Part shown: positions 32,432-42,371 of the stretch, piece by piece
Layout of the letters: each line of letters starts with the position of its first letter
How positions within the stretch are numbered: position 1 is the stretch's first letter
Assembly: GCA_013823655.1 (NCBI GenBank)
Contig: PNMN01000001.1
Coordinates: 1 to 51,682, forward strand
Direction of reading: 5' to 3'
Length of the DNA stretch: 51,682 nt
Source: Comamonadaceae bacterium
Lineage (GTDB): Bacteria; Pseudomonadota; Gammaproteobacteria; Burkholderiales; Burkholderiaceae_C
The notes under the pieces: model-generated
Databases searched by the model: none
What the model was told of the DNA's origin: nothing
Seen by the model: only the letters and a program-made list of their open reading frames with translations
Program-made: the position numbers and the translations under genes

Positions 32432-33889
32432 TCAGGCCTTGCGTTGGGCGGGCTTCTTGGCTGTTGCGGCTTCGGCGCCCGCCTTTTTTGCCACCGAGGC
32501 CTTGGCTGCGGACTTTGCAGCGGCCTGGGGCACAGGCTTTCTGGCTGCGGGCTTTGCGGTCGGCTGGCGGGCCGCGCGAACAGCCGGCTGGGCCACGGCA
32601 GCCGCGTCGGGAATGACGGCTGCGCGGGGCTGGTGGGACAGGATGAATGTCTTCACCACCGGGTAAATCATTTCGCGCCAGCGGCGACCGCTGAAGATGC
32701 CGTAATGGCCTGCGTCCTTGGCCTCGTAGTGCATCTGGTGCGTCTTGGGAATGCCGGTGCACAGGTCGTGCGCCGCTGCGGTCTGGCCCGAGCCCGAGAT
32801 GTCGTCCAGCTCGCCTTCCACCGTGAGCAGGCCCGTGGCCTTGATGTCCTGCGGGCGCACGCGCTCGACCTTGCCTTTTTCGCTTTTCACATCCCAGGTG
32901 CCGTTGACCAGCTTGAAGTCCTGGAACACGGTCTGGATGGTTTCCAGGTAGTAGTGGGCGTCCATGTCGAGCACGGCGTTGTACTCGTCGTAGAACTTGC
33001 GGTGGTTATCGACGCTTTCGTTGTCGCCCTTGATCAGGTCCTGGAAGTAGTCGTAGTGGCTGGTGGCGTGGCGGTCGGGGTTCATGGCCACGAAGCCGGT
33101 GTGCTGCAAGAAGCCGGGGTAGACGCGACGACCCGCGCCAGGGAACTTGTCGGGCACACGGAAGATGACGTTGTTCTCGAACCAGCTGTGGCTGCGCTGG
33201 GTGGCCAGGTTGTTCACCGCCGTGGGCGACTTGCTGGCATCAATCGGGCCGCCCATCATGGTCATGGACAGCGGGGTGGTTTCGCCCCGGCTGGCCATCA
33301 GAGACACCGCAGCCAGCACCGGCACGGTGGGCTGGCACACGCTCATCACATGGCAGTTGCCGTAGGTCTTTTGCAGGTAACGGATGAATTCCTGCACGTA
33401 GTTCACATAGTCGTCGAGATGGAACTCGCCGTCGGACAGCGGCACCAGGCGGGCGTTCTTCCAGTCGGTGATGTAGACCTTGTGGTCCCTGAGCATGGTG
33501 CGCACCGTGTCGCGCAACAGGGTGGCGTAGTGGCCAGAGAGCGGCGCCACGATCAGCACCACCGGCTGGCCCTTGAGCTTGGTCAGGGTGGCGGCATCGT
33601 CGGTGAAGCGCTTGAAGCGGCGCAGTTCGCAGAACGGCTTGTCGATTTCAATGCGTTCGAAGATCGCCACATCGACGCCATCGACATCGGCGGTGGTGAT
33701 GCCAAACACCGGCTTTTCGTAGTCCTTGCCCAAGCGGTGCATCAGGTCGTAGCCAGCCGACACACGCTGCGCCATCGGCAGCCTGGCCAGTGGCAGGGCG
33801 GGGTTGCTGTAGAGCTTGGCAGCGACTTCAGCCAGGTCGGTGAACGGCTCCATCAGGGAGCGCTGGGTTTCGTAAATCCGGTAGAGCAT
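32432..33889 (-). CDS. phaZ: Intracellular polyhydroxybutyrate depolymerase (PhaZ1/PhaZa type)
   Basis: [19 protein letters not shown], catalytic [37 protein letters not shown]. Confidence 0.95.
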   Translation of the reverse strand: MLYRIYETQRSLMEPFTDLAEVAAKLYSNPALPLARLPMAQRVSAGYDLMHRLGKDYEKPVFGITTADVDGVDVAIFERIEIDKPFCELRRFKRFTDDAATLTKLKGQPVVLIVAPLSGHYATLLRDTVRTMLRDHKVYITDWKNARLVPLSDGEFHLDDYVNYVQEFIRYLQKTYGNCHVMSVCQPTVPVLAAVSLMASRGETTPLSMTMMGGPIDASKSPTAVNNLATQRSHSWFENNVIFRVPDKFPGAGRRVYPGFLQHTGFVAMNPDRHATSHYDYFQDLIKGDNESVDNHRKFYDEYNAVLDMDAHYYLETIQTVFQDFKLVNGTWDVKSEKGKVERVRPQDIKATGLLTVEGELDDISGSGQTAAAHDLCTGIPKTHQMHYEAKDAGHYGIFSGRRWREMIYPVVKTFILSHQPRAAVIPDAAAVAQPAVRAARQPTAKPAARKPVPQAAAKSAAKASVAKKAGAEAATAKKPAQRKA

Positions 33890-33905
33890 GGCCTTGGAAG
33901 AACGG

Positions 33906-33926
33906 TTATGTTGCAGTGCAATATAA
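33906..33926. promoter_or_regulatory. Putative PhaR operator upstream of phaZ
   Basis: TTATGTTGCA-G-TGCAATATAA, 10-bp arms with one mismatch and a TGC-N3-GCA core, about 17 bp from the phaZ start. Confidence 0.65.
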
Positions 33927-34089
33927 CAGCAAGCAGGGATCGGCAAAACGGTGAAAACACCTACTTTCTCCGCCTTGCTGCCACCGCAGTGAAAGCTTCA
34001 CGGTGGCGTTTCCTGAGCGCCACGGCGACTCGCTGGAACCGCAATGCAGCGCGCCCCCCGACAGGCCGCCGGGAGGAGCGGCAGCACAC

Positions 34090-35304
34090 TCACCCGTTGA
34101 CCACCTTGGCAATCGCCTGACAGACGTAGTCGATGTTCTTGCTGTTGAGCGCGGCCACGCACATGCGACCGGTGTCGGTGCCGTAGACACCGAATTCGCT
34201 GCGCAGTCGCACCATCTGGTCTTTGGACAGGCCGGAATAGCTGAACATGCCGATCTGGCTGGTGATGAAGCTCATGTCTTTCTGCACACCGGCGGCCTTG
34301 AGGCCATCGACCAGCTTCTGGCGCATGGCCTTGATGCGCACGCGCATCTCGCCCAGTTCTTTTTCCCACAGGGCGCGCAACTCGGGGTTGCCCAGCACGG
34401 CGGCCACGATGGCGCCGCCGTGGATCGGCGGGTTGGAGTAGTTGGTGCGGATGGCGATCTTGAGCTGGCTGAGCACGCGGTCGGCTTCTTCCTTGCTGTT
34501 GCCGACCACGCTCAGCGCGCCCACGCGCTCGCCGTACAGACTGAAGCTCTTGGAAAAGCTGGTGGAGACGAAGATGTTCAGGCCGGCGGCGACGAACTTG
34601 GCGATCACGGCGCCGTCTTCTGCGATGCCGTAGCCAAAGCCCTGGTAGGCCATGTCGAGGAAGGCGGTGAGCTTGCGGGCACTGACCACGGCGATCACCT
34701 GGTCCCACTGGGCAGGGGTGATGTCGTAGCCGGTCGGGTTGTGGCAGCAGGCGTGCAGCAGCACGATGGTGCCTTCGGCGGCGGCGTTCAGCTTGGCCAG
34801 CATGCCCTCGAAGTGGATGCCACCCAGACCGCCGTTGGCATTCTGGTCGAAGTAGGGGTAGGTGTCGACGGTGAAACCCGCGTTGGTGAACAGCGCGCGG
34901 TGGTTCTCCCAGCTCGGGTCGGAAATCAGCACGGTGGCGTTGGGGCTGATCTTTTTGAGAAAGTCGGCGCCGATTTTCAGGCCGCCGGTGCCGCCAATGG
35001 CCTGCACCGTGGCCACCCGACCGCTTTTCACCACGTCGGAGTCGGCGCCGAACACCAGGCCCTTGACGGCGGCGTCGTAGGCGGCGATGCCGTCGATGGG
35101 CAAGTAACCGCGCGCGGTGGGCTTGTCCATCATGGTCTTTTCAGCCGCCTGCACGCACTGCAGCAGCGGCAGCTTGCCGTTGTCATCGAAATACACGCCC
35201 ACGCCCAGATTGACCTTGTTGGGGTTGGTGTCGGCGGCGAACTGTTCGTTCAGGCCCAGAATAGGGTCGCGCGGGGCCATTTCAACGGCAGTGAAGAGAG
35301 ACAT
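34090..35304 (-). CDS. tyrB: Aromatic amino acid/aspartate aminotransferase
   Basis: APRDPILG, NLGVGVY, LHACCHNPTG, DMAYQGF, SFSKSFSLYGERVG. Confidence 0.95.
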   Translation of the reverse strand: MSLFTAVEMAPRDPILGLNEQFAADTNPNKVNLGVGVYFDDNGKLPLLQCVQAAEKTMMDKPTARGYLPIDGIAAYDAAVKGLVFGADSDVVKSGRVATVQAIGGTGGLKIGADFLKKISPNATVLISDPSWENHRALFTNAGFTVDTYPYFDQNANGGLGGIHFEGMLAKLNAAAEGTIVLLHACCHNPTGYDITPAQWDQVIAVVSARKLTAFLDMAYQGFGYGIAEDGAVIAKFVAAGLNIFVSTSFSKSFSLYGERVGALSVVGNSKEEADRVLSQLKIAIRTNYSNPPIHGGAIVAAVLGNPELRALWEKELGEMRVRIKAMRQKLVDGLKAAGVQKDMSFITSQIGMFSYSGLSKDQMVRLRSEFGVYGTDTGRMCVAALNSKNIDYVCQAIAKVVNG

Positions 35305-35539
35305 GCTGGGTTCCAGAGGTTGTGACGGTGAGAATTTTAGCGGGCTCACCTGCGCGGGTGAGCGGGCACGGTGGCGCGACGCAGGGTCCGTTTTTTCAGG
35401 CCATCGTGCACAAATGCGCGCTCCTCCTCCCTGTGGGTGATGCCCGGTCGGCTCGGGATTGGCGGCGTCATGTCCCTGCGTTATATTCGAGCACATTAAC
35501 TTTTGTTAACACTTTTTGATCTACCTGAGGAGCCGGGCC

Positions 35540-36178
35540 ATGCAAGAACTCATTTCCGTTTTCAAGCGCGTTGCTGCGGGTGCTGTGGCGATCAGCGCCA
35601 CCGTGTTGGGCCTGTCGGGATGCGCCAGCTCGGGCTCTTCGTTCCCGCCAGCCCCTGCGATCGCGTCCTCTGCAGACTACAGCTACATCGTGGGCCCTGG
35701 CGATGTGCTGAACATCAACGTCTGGCGCAATCCCGAGCTCTCGGCTTCGGTGCCGGTGCGACCAGACGGCAAGGTGGCCACGCCGCTGGTGGACGAATTG
35801 GTGGCGCAGGGCAAGACGCCGTCACAAATCGCCCGTGATGTGGAGAAGGCGCTGGGCAAGTTCGTGCGCGATCCGGTGGTGACGGTGGTGGTGACCACGT
35901 TTGTTGGCTCCTACAGCGAGCAGATTCGCGTGGTCGGCGAAGCAACCCGCCCGCAGTTCTTGCCCTACAAGCAAAAGATGACGGTGATGGATGTGATGAT
36001 CGCCGTGGGCGGGCTGACCGATTTTGCGGACGGCAACAAGGCGACGATCGTGCGTGCCAGTGAGGGGAACAAGCGCTACAGCGTGCGCTTGCAGGACCTG
36101 GTCAAGCGCGGCGACATCTCCGCCAACGTCGAGATGCTTCCCGGTGATGTCCTGATCATCCCGCAGGGGTGGTTCTGA
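35540..36178 (+). CDS. Polysaccharide export lipoprotein (Wza-like; PEP-CTERM locus, TIGR03027-type)
   Basis: Lipobox LSGC; YIVGPGDVLNINVWRNPELS, VRPDGK; GAGGAG RBS. Confidence 0.92.
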   Translation: MQELISVFKRVAAGAVAISATVLGLSGCASSGSSFPPAPAIASSADYSYIVGPGDVLNINVWRNPELSASVPVRPDGKVATPLVDELVAQGKTPSQIARDVEKALGKFVRDPVVTVVVTTFVGSYSEQIRVVGEATRPQFLPYKQKMTVMDVMIAVGGLTDFADGNKATIVRASEGNKRYSVRLQDLVKRGDISANVEMLPGDVLIIPQGWF

Positions 36179-36265
36179 CCCGGGTTCTCGTGTTGGGCGC
36201 ATTCTGTGGCTTGTGATCCAAGTGGCTCCCGGCGTTGCGGTTGAAACCTTCTTTCTATTGCTCCG

Positions 36266-37828
36266 ATGTCCGACCTGCTGAATCAAGTCAAGACCATCCT
36301 CTACGGGATGTGGAAGTACCGGCGCCTGGGGGTGTCTGTGGCGTGGCTCGTGGCCGCTGCGGTGGCGCTGGCCGTCATGATGATTCCTGACCGCTATGAG
36401 GCCACGGCTCGCGTGTACGTGAACACCCAGTCCATCCTTCGACCGCTGATGTCGGGGCTGGCTGTTCAGCCCAATATCGAGCAGCAGGTCACCATGCTCA
36501 GCCGCACGCTGATCAGTCGGCCAACGGTGGAGAAGCTGATTCGCATGTCCGATCTGGATCTCCAGGCGAAGTCCAAAGAAGAGCAAGAGGCGCTGATCCA
36601 GCGCGTCACCGATGCGCTGTCTATCCGTTCGACTGGCCGCGACAACCTCTACACCCTGTCTTACCGGGGCGATAGTCCGGCCAGTGCCCAGAGCGTGGTG
36701 CAGTCCTTGCTGACCATCTTTGTCGAATCCAGCCTGGGGGATTCCAAGTCCGATACCGAGAGCGCGCGCCGCTTCATCGAGGATCAGATCAAGAGTTACG
36801 AGAGCAAGCTCACGGAGGCCGAAACCCGCCTGAAACAGTTTCGGCTGCGAAACATTGATGTGCAGACCCAGGGTGGGCTTGACATGGCTGGGCGCATGAC
36901 CGAGATATCCACTGCATTGAGTCAGGCCAGGCTGGAGCTGCGCGAGGCGCTGAGCGCACGCGAGGTGGCGCAGCGCCAGCTGGAGCAAATCCGGACCGAC
37001 CAGCGCGTGATCACCCAGCCATCGAGCATCGTGGTGGCCACGCCTGAGATCGATGGTCGCATCGAAGTGCTGCAGCGAAACCTCGACGCTTTGTTGCAGC
37101 GCTACACCGACCAACACCCCGATGTGCTCAACACGCGCCGCTTGATCCGAGAGCTGGAAGAACAAAAGCGTCGCGAAGTGGCCGAGTTGCAGCGAAAAGC
37201 TGCGGCGAATCCTGGGCTGAGCCGGGTCGAGGCTCATCCCGCTCAGGCGGAGTTGACACGGGTGCTCGCCGCCACCGAGGTTCAGGTGGCTTCATTGCGC
37301 GCCCGGGTGGCTGAATTCGAGGCGCGCTCCAGCCAGGCACGCGTCCAGATGCGGGTCGCACCCCAGATGGAGGCCGAACTGGCCCAGCTCAATCGGGACT
37401 ATGAAATCCACCGCCGGAACTACGAAGACCTCGTGGGGCGTCGCGAATCCTTGGTCATTGGCGGGGATCTGGAGAGTGCGTCCAACCTGGCTGATTTCCG
37501 GGTGATTGATCCGCCGCGTGCGGACTCCAAACCGGTTGCGCCGAACCGGGTGTTGATGATGCCGATGGCACTGATCGCTGCACTGGCCTCGGGATTGGGT
37601 GTGGCGTTCCTCATGGGCCAACTTCGCCCGGTCTACTTCGATGCGCTGGCCTTGAGGAATGGGACTTCATTGCCGTTGCTTGGCGTCGTCACGCTGATCA
37701 AGAACGACGCTGTGCGGGCCCGAGAGTCGCGCAGCCTGCTCCGGTTTCTGGCCTCGGTTTTGGGGCTGGTCGCCGTCTTTGGTCTGGGCATGGTGGCCCT
37801 GTCCTACTACTCCGGACTCGGAAGGTGA
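36266..37828 (+). CDS. Polysaccharide chain-length determinant (Wzc membrane part, TIGR03007-type)
   Basis: TM, YEATARVYVNTQSILRPL, coiled coils, YTDQHPDV, FRVIDPP, C-terminal TMs. Confidence 0.9.
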   Translation: MSDLLNQVKTILYGMWKYRRLGVSVAWLVAAAVALAVMMIPDRYEATARVYVNTQSILRPLMSGLAVQPNIEQQVTMLSRTLISRPTVEKLIRMSDLDLQAKSKEEQEALIQRVTDALSIRSTGRDNLYTLSYRGDSPASAQSVVQSLLTIFVESSLGDSKSDTESARRFIEDQIKSYESKLTEAETRLKQFRLRNIDVQTQGGLDMAGRMTEISTALSQARLELREALSAREVAQRQLEQIRTDQRVITQPSSIVVATPEIDGRIEVLQRNLDALLQRYTDQHPDVLNTRRLIRELEEQKRREVAELQRKAAANPGLSRVEAHPAQAELTRVLAATEVQVASLRARVAEFEARSSQARVQMRVAPQMEAELAQLNRDYEIHRRNYEDLVGRRESLVIGGDLESASNLADFRVIDPPRADSKPVAPNRVLMMPMALIAALASGLGVAFLMGQLRPVYFDALALRNGTSLPLLGVVTLIKNDAVRARESRSLLRFLASVLGLVAVFGLGMVALSYYSGLGR

Positions 37829-37834
37829 ACGCCC

Positions 37835-38749
37835 ATGACCAGTCTGATTGAAAAAGCCGCACACCGTCTGGAGCAGTTGCGACGGGCCGGAGCCGACGTT
37901 CCGGTCGATGGGCGGCAGACCGAAAATGCGTCGAGCGTGCAGCCCGCAGAAGGGCGCGCCAGGCCGCGTTCCCGCCAGGTGAACATCGACCTCCACCGGC
38001 TTGCTGCCGAAGGGTATGTGACGCCCGCCGCACCCCGCTCAACCATCGCTGAACAGTTCCGGGTGATCAAGAGGCCGCTGCTGACGAATGCAACGGGCAA
38101 GGGCCCCGCAGTGGTGCCCAACGGCAATCTCATCATGGTCACCAGTGCGATGCCCGGTGAAGGCAAGAGCTTCACCGCCATCAACCTGGCCATGAGCATC
38201 GCCATGGAGCTGGATCACCGCGTCTTGCTGGTCGATGCCGATGTCGCCAAACCCTCGTTGCTGTCTGTGCTGGGCCTGCCGCCTGGTCCTGGTCTCTTGG
38301 ATCTCCTGCTGAACGACGGTGTGGACATGTCGGATGTGATGTTGCGAACCAATGTGGACAAGCTGAGTCTTCTGCCCAGCGGAACTCCGCATGCAAATTC
38401 CACCGAATTGCTGGCCAGCGATGCCATGACCGCGCTGATCGACCAGATGGGGCAGCGCTACGCCGACCGGATCGTGATCTTCGACTCGCCGCCGCTGCTT
38501 CAAACCACCCAGGCCCGTGTGCTTGCGGTCCATATGGGCCAGGTGGTGATGGTGGTGCAGGCGGAAAAGACCCTGCAGACCCAGGTGCAGCATGCGCTGA
38601 GCACGATCGAAGCCTGTCCGATCAAGCTGCTGCTGCTGAACCAGGCGCGCGTCGGTGGCAACGATGCCTACGGCTACGGCTACGGGTATGGTCAGCCCGG
38701 ATCGCCAGGTCCTGCGGGCGCAGCCCCCTCCGCTCTGGTCAGTGCATGA
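37835..38749 (+). CDS. BY-kinase tyrosine autokinase (TIGR03018-type)
   Basis: EQFRVIKR, Walker A GEGKS, LLVDAD, IFDSPP, Tyr cluster YGYGYGYG. Confidence 0.93.
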   Translation: MTSLIEKAAHRLEQLRRAGADVPVDGRQTENASSVQPAEGRARPRSRQVNIDLHRLAAEGYVTPAAPRSTIAEQFRVIKRPLLTNATGKGPAVVPNGNLIMVTSAMPGEGKSFTAINLAMSIAMELDHRVLLVDADVAKPSLLSVLGLPPGPGLLDLLLNDGVDMSDVMLRTNVDKLSLLPSGTPHANSTELLASDAMTALIDQMGQRYADRIVIFDSPPLLQTTQARVLAVHMGQVVMVVQAEKTLQTQVQHALSTIEACPIKLLLLNQARVGGNDAYGYGYGYGQPGSPGPAGAAPSALVSA

Positions 38750-38775
38750 CAGGTGCTCCATTCGAGGCCAAACAA

Positions 38776-40356
38776 ATGAAACGCAACCCCATGCACGGCG
38801 CGCGCAGCTTTCGCTCGGGATGCCTGGTCGCTCTTGTTTTTTTCATGAGCAAGGCGGCTTGGGGCCAGGTGCAGGCGCTTGATACCGCCACCGAGGCCGA
38901 CGATGGACCGGCGCCTGCGCTTTGGGTGGAGCCGCACCTGTCTGCCGAAGTGCGGTTCACCAACAACGGCAATCTGGCGGCGGTGAGCCCGCAAAGCGAA
39001 CAGATATACGACTTGCGTGCGGGCGTGCTGGCGGTGGTCAACAGGCCCCGGATGCGCGGTTCGCTGGACTACAGCTTGAGCGCACTGCATTTTGCGCAAG
39101 GCACCTCCCGGGATGAACTCCGGCACAACCTGGACGCCGATGCGACGCTGAACGCCTGGAACCGGCGTGCCTTCGTTGATCTTTCGGCCTCGATCGAGGA
39201 TCAGGCGATCTCGGCCTTTCGCAGCCAGCAGGGTGAGCTGCTGCGCGACATCAATCGCGCCCAGGTGGGAAGTTTGCGAGTGTCGCCCTACCTGACAGGC
39301 ACTTTGGGGGGTGTGGCCGACTACGAAGTGCGCTACGGCCTGCAGCGCAACGTGAGTGACGCGACAGACCGGGCGAATTTGACGCTCCAGGAACTGGGCT
39401 TCAAGCTTGGGCGCCAGCCGCAAGGAAGCAAGTTGGGCTGGGGGATCGATGGCTATGCGCAGCAGGTGGACTACTCGCTGCGACAGAACGTTCGTTTGAG
39501 CAGGATCTCGGCCAGCCTGATTTATGCGATCACTCCGGAGCTGATTGCCACGGCCTTGGTGGGGCAAGAGAACAACGACGTTCTTTCGCCCGCCCGCCAG
39601 TCATTCCACAACACCGGGTTGAGCCTGGAGTGGCGACCTTCCCTGCGCACCCGGCTGTTTGCCCAGGTAGAGGATCGTTACTTTGGAGATGGCCATTCGG
39701 TGGCACTGGACTACCGCACGCCGCGCACCGTCTGGCGCGCGTTTTCAACGCGGCGTGTGAGTTCCGAAAACCCCCTGGATGCCGCCGTCTCTTCGGCGGG
39801 CGTGTTGTCCGATCTGATTGACAGCTTTTATTTGTCAACCGAACCAGACCCGGTGTTGCGTGCCCGCCTGGTCCAGGCAGAGTTGCGGCGGCTTGGTCTT
39901 CCCGGTGATCTCGAGGTTTTCCAGAACTTCCTGACTTCACAGGTGACGCTGGAGAATCGGCGCGAGTTGTCATTTGTTCTGCTGGGCGTTCGCAGCGTAC
40001 TCAACCTGACCCTTGGACAGGTGAGCACGTCCCGGCTCGGTCAGGCCATCAACCTGGGTGACGACTTCGATGACAACACCCGCATCGATCAGCAGGGTTG
40101 GTCGCTCAACTACGCCTACCGTTTCACCCCGCTCACGTCTGGCAGCCTGTTGTTGAGCAATCAGCGCACTTCGGGCACTGCGCAGGGTGCGCACTCGCGC
40201 CTGAAATCCTTGACGCTGGGCGGAACCACACGCCTGGCCGAGCGCACCAGCGCCAGTGTTCAATTGCGCCACACCCGGTACGAGGCCGTTGTCAATCCAT
40301 ACCGCGAGACAGCGATCTCGGGTGTGATTACATCGACGGTTCTGACGTATGTATGA
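38776..40356 (+). CDS. Outer-membrane beta-barrel protein of the PEP-CTERM locus (TIGR03016-type); C-terminus may be frameshifted
   Basis: Signal peptide, alternating beta-strands, WRPSLRT, RYFG; canonical slot between kinase and ATPase. Start uncertain (38746, 38776 or 38791). Confidence 0.8.
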   Translation: MKRNPMHGARSFRSGCLVALVFFMSKAAWGQVQALDTATEADDGPAPALWVEPHLSAEVRFTNNGNLAAVSPQSEQIYDLRAGVLAVVNRPRMRGSLDYSLSALHFAQGTSRDELRHNLDADATLNAWNRRAFVDLSASIEDQAISAFRSQQGELLRDINRAQVGSLRVSPYLTGTLGGVADYEVRYGLQRNVSDATDRANLTLQELGFKLGRQPQGSKLGWGIDGYAQQVDYSLRQNVRLSRISASLIYAITPELIATALVGQENNDVLSPARQSFHNTGLSLEWRPSLRTRLFAQVEDRYFGDGHSVALDYRTPRTVWRAFSTRRVSSENPLDAAVSSAGVLSDLIDSFYLSTEPDPVLRARLVQAELRRLGLPGDLEVFQNFLTSQVTLENRRELSFVLLGVRSVLNLTLGQVSTSRLGQAINLGDDFDDNTRIDQQGWSLNYAYRFTPLTSGSLLLSNQRTSGTAQGAHSRLKSLTLGGTTRLAERTSASVQLRHTRYEAVVNPYRETAISGVITSTVLTYV

Positions 40357-41479
40357 AGCCTTCTACGGGCTGAGCAGCAAGCCGTTCCAGCTCAACCCCG
40401 ATCCCAAGTTCTATTACAGCAGCAAGCCGCATCGGCGCGCCCGATCGTATCTCGTGTATGGCGTGATGCGCGGGGAGGGCTTCATTGTCATCACCGGTGA
40501 GGTGGGCGCTGGCAAGACGACCATCGTGCGCGATCTGCTCGACAGCCTGGAAAACGGGTCCGTGGTGGCCGCTCACCTTGTGAGCACGCAGTTGGGGGCA
40601 GACGATGCGCTCAAACTGGTGTGTGCGGCATTCGGCGTGCCCTTGCGTGGCACCAGCAAGGCCGACATGCTGATGGCCCTTGAGGCTTTCCTCATCACCC
40701 AGTCGACACAGGGGAAACGCTGCCTGCTCATCGTTGACGAGGCCCAGAATCTGCAGTTGCAGGCGGTCGAGGAGCTTCGCATGCTGTCGAACTTCCAGTT
40801 CGGCGAGCAGGCATTGCTGCAGACCTTCTTGATCGGGCAGCCCGAGTTTCGCGAGATATTGCAAGGGCCCGGGATGCTGCAGTTGCGGCAACGGGTGACC
40901 GCCCGTTGCCACCTGGGGCCATTGGATGAAGAAGACACGAAGTCCTACATTGAGCATCGGCTCAAGTGTGCTGGCGCGACCGACAAGCCCGTCTTCGCCC
41001 CAGGCGTGTTTCACGCCATCCACCAGCACGCCGGTGGCATACCACGGCGCATCAATACGCTCTGTGACCGCTTGCTCTTGCAGGGGTATCTGACGGAGGA
41101 TCCTGTCATTGGACCGCAGTCGGTGGAAAACGTGGTTGCGGAAATGCGGGAAGAGAACGCCCCGCACGCAGAGACCACAACCTCTTCTCACAACGCATGG
41201 GCCCACCTCGACGCCATCAAGGCGGCGGCGTGCAGCGTGTCGCGGGGGCTTGTTGATGTGGACAGCGACGCGGAATCGAACCTTGCCGACGAACTGCAGC
41301 GAGAGCTCAGCCAGCTCACTGCGGAGCAGCTCAGCGCCCGCTTGTTGAGGATGGAGCGCAGCATTCTGCGCCAGGAGCGCACCACGGTTGAAATCTTGAG
41401 CGCTCTCAAAAAAATCGTCGATGCGGGTGTGGTCGCACCACTTGGGCGCAAGTCACGCACGGGTGCGACTTCCAAATGA
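40349..41479 (+). CDS. ExeA-like AAA ATPase of the XrtA system (TIGR03015-type)
   Basis: MYEAFYGLSSKPFQLNPDP, GEVGAGKTT, IVDEAQNL, GQPEF, GIPRRIN. Confidence 0.93.
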   Translation: MYEAFYGLSSKPFQLNPDPKFYYSSKPHRRARSYLVYGVMRGEGFIVITGEVGAGKTTIVRDLLDSLENGSVVAAHLVSTQLGADDALKLVCAAFGVPLRGTSKADMLMALEAFLITQSTQGKRCLLIVDEAQNLQLQAVEELRMLSNFQFGEQALLQTFLIGQPEFREILQGPGMLQLRQRVTARCHLGPLDEEDTKSYIEHRLKCAGATDKPVFAPGVFHAIHQHAGGIPRRINTLCDRLLLQGYLTEDPVIGPQSVENVVAEMREENAPHAETTTSSHNAWAHLDAIKAAACSVSRGLVDVDSDAESNLADELQRELSQLTAEQLSARLLRMERSILRQERTTVEILSALKKIVDAGVVAPLGRKSRTGATSK

Positions 41480-41498
41480 ACTTCGCCAGAACCACCCC

Positions 41499-42371
41499 AT
41501 GAATGCCTCTCTGGTGCAACCCATCACCAACGCGCTGACGGTGGATGTCGAGGACTATTTCCAGGTCTCCGCCTTTGCCAGCGCCATTGATCGCAAGGAC
41601 TGGGATTCGCTGGACTGCCGCGTCGAGCGCAACGTCAACCGCATGCTCGACCTGCTGGAGAGGAAGCAGGCGCGAGCCACTTTTTTCACGCTGGGGTGGA
41701 TTGCCAGGCGCTACCCCGGTCTGGTTCGGCGCATTGTTTCCGATGGCCACGAGCTGGCCAGTCATGGCTATGGGCATCAGCGGGTCAGCGATCTTGATCG
41801 CGCCGTGTTCGCCAGCGATGTGCGAATGGCCAAAACCATACTCGAAGACATTGCAGGCGTTGAAATCAAGGGGTACCGCGCGCCCAGTTTCTCTATCGGT
41901 CAAGGCAATCTGTGGGCGCTTGACGTGTTGCTTGAAACCGGTCACCGCTACAGCTCCAGCATTTATCCGGTCAAGCACGACCACTACGGTTCTCCGGATG
42001 CGCCGCGGTTCGCGCACCAAGTGATCGCGGGGTTGATCGAAATTCCGCCCACCACGCTGCGTCTGCTGGATCGCAATCTGCCTTCCAGTGGAGGAGGGTA
42101 TTTCCGCCTGTTGCCCTATGGGTTGTCGCGATGGATGCTCCGTCGTTTCAACGAACAAGAGGCTCAACCGGCCATCTTCTATTGCCACCCCTGGGAAATT
42201 GATCCGGCACAGCCGCGGGTGAACGGCATTGGCTGGAAGTCCCGGTTCCGGCACTACGTGAATCTGGACAAGACCGAACAGCGTCTGGGGCGCTTGCTTG
42301 ACGATTTTCGATGGGACCGCATGGACAGCGTTTTCCTCGATCCGCCACGGCAGGGGGCTTCCTTTGTCTGA
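41499..42371 (+). CDS. Polysaccharide deacetylase (TIGR03006-type)
   Basis: TVDVEDYFQV, ATFFTLGW, HELASHGYGH, GYRAPSFS, GGGYFRL, HPWEID. Confidence 0.93.
   Translation: MNASLVQPITNALTVDVEDYFQVSAFASAIDRKDWDSLDCRVERNVNRMLDLLERKQARATFFTLGWIARRYPGLVRRIVSDGHELASHGYGHQRVSDLDRAVFASDVRMAKTILEDIAGVEIKGYRAPSFSIGQGNLWALDVLLETGHRYSSSIYPVKHDHYGSPDAPRFAHQVIAGLIEIPPTTLRLLDRNLPSSGGGYFRLLPYGLSRWMLRRFNEQEAQPAIFYCHPWEIDPAQPRVNGIGWKSRFRHYVNLDKTEQRLGRLLDDFRWDRMDSVFLDPPRQGASFV

Noticed and set aside
33980-34025. Overlapping alternative hairpins between tyrB and phaZ as an RNA switch
   Set aside because: Short GC-rich stems; more simply a terminator or stability hairpin, with no other support.
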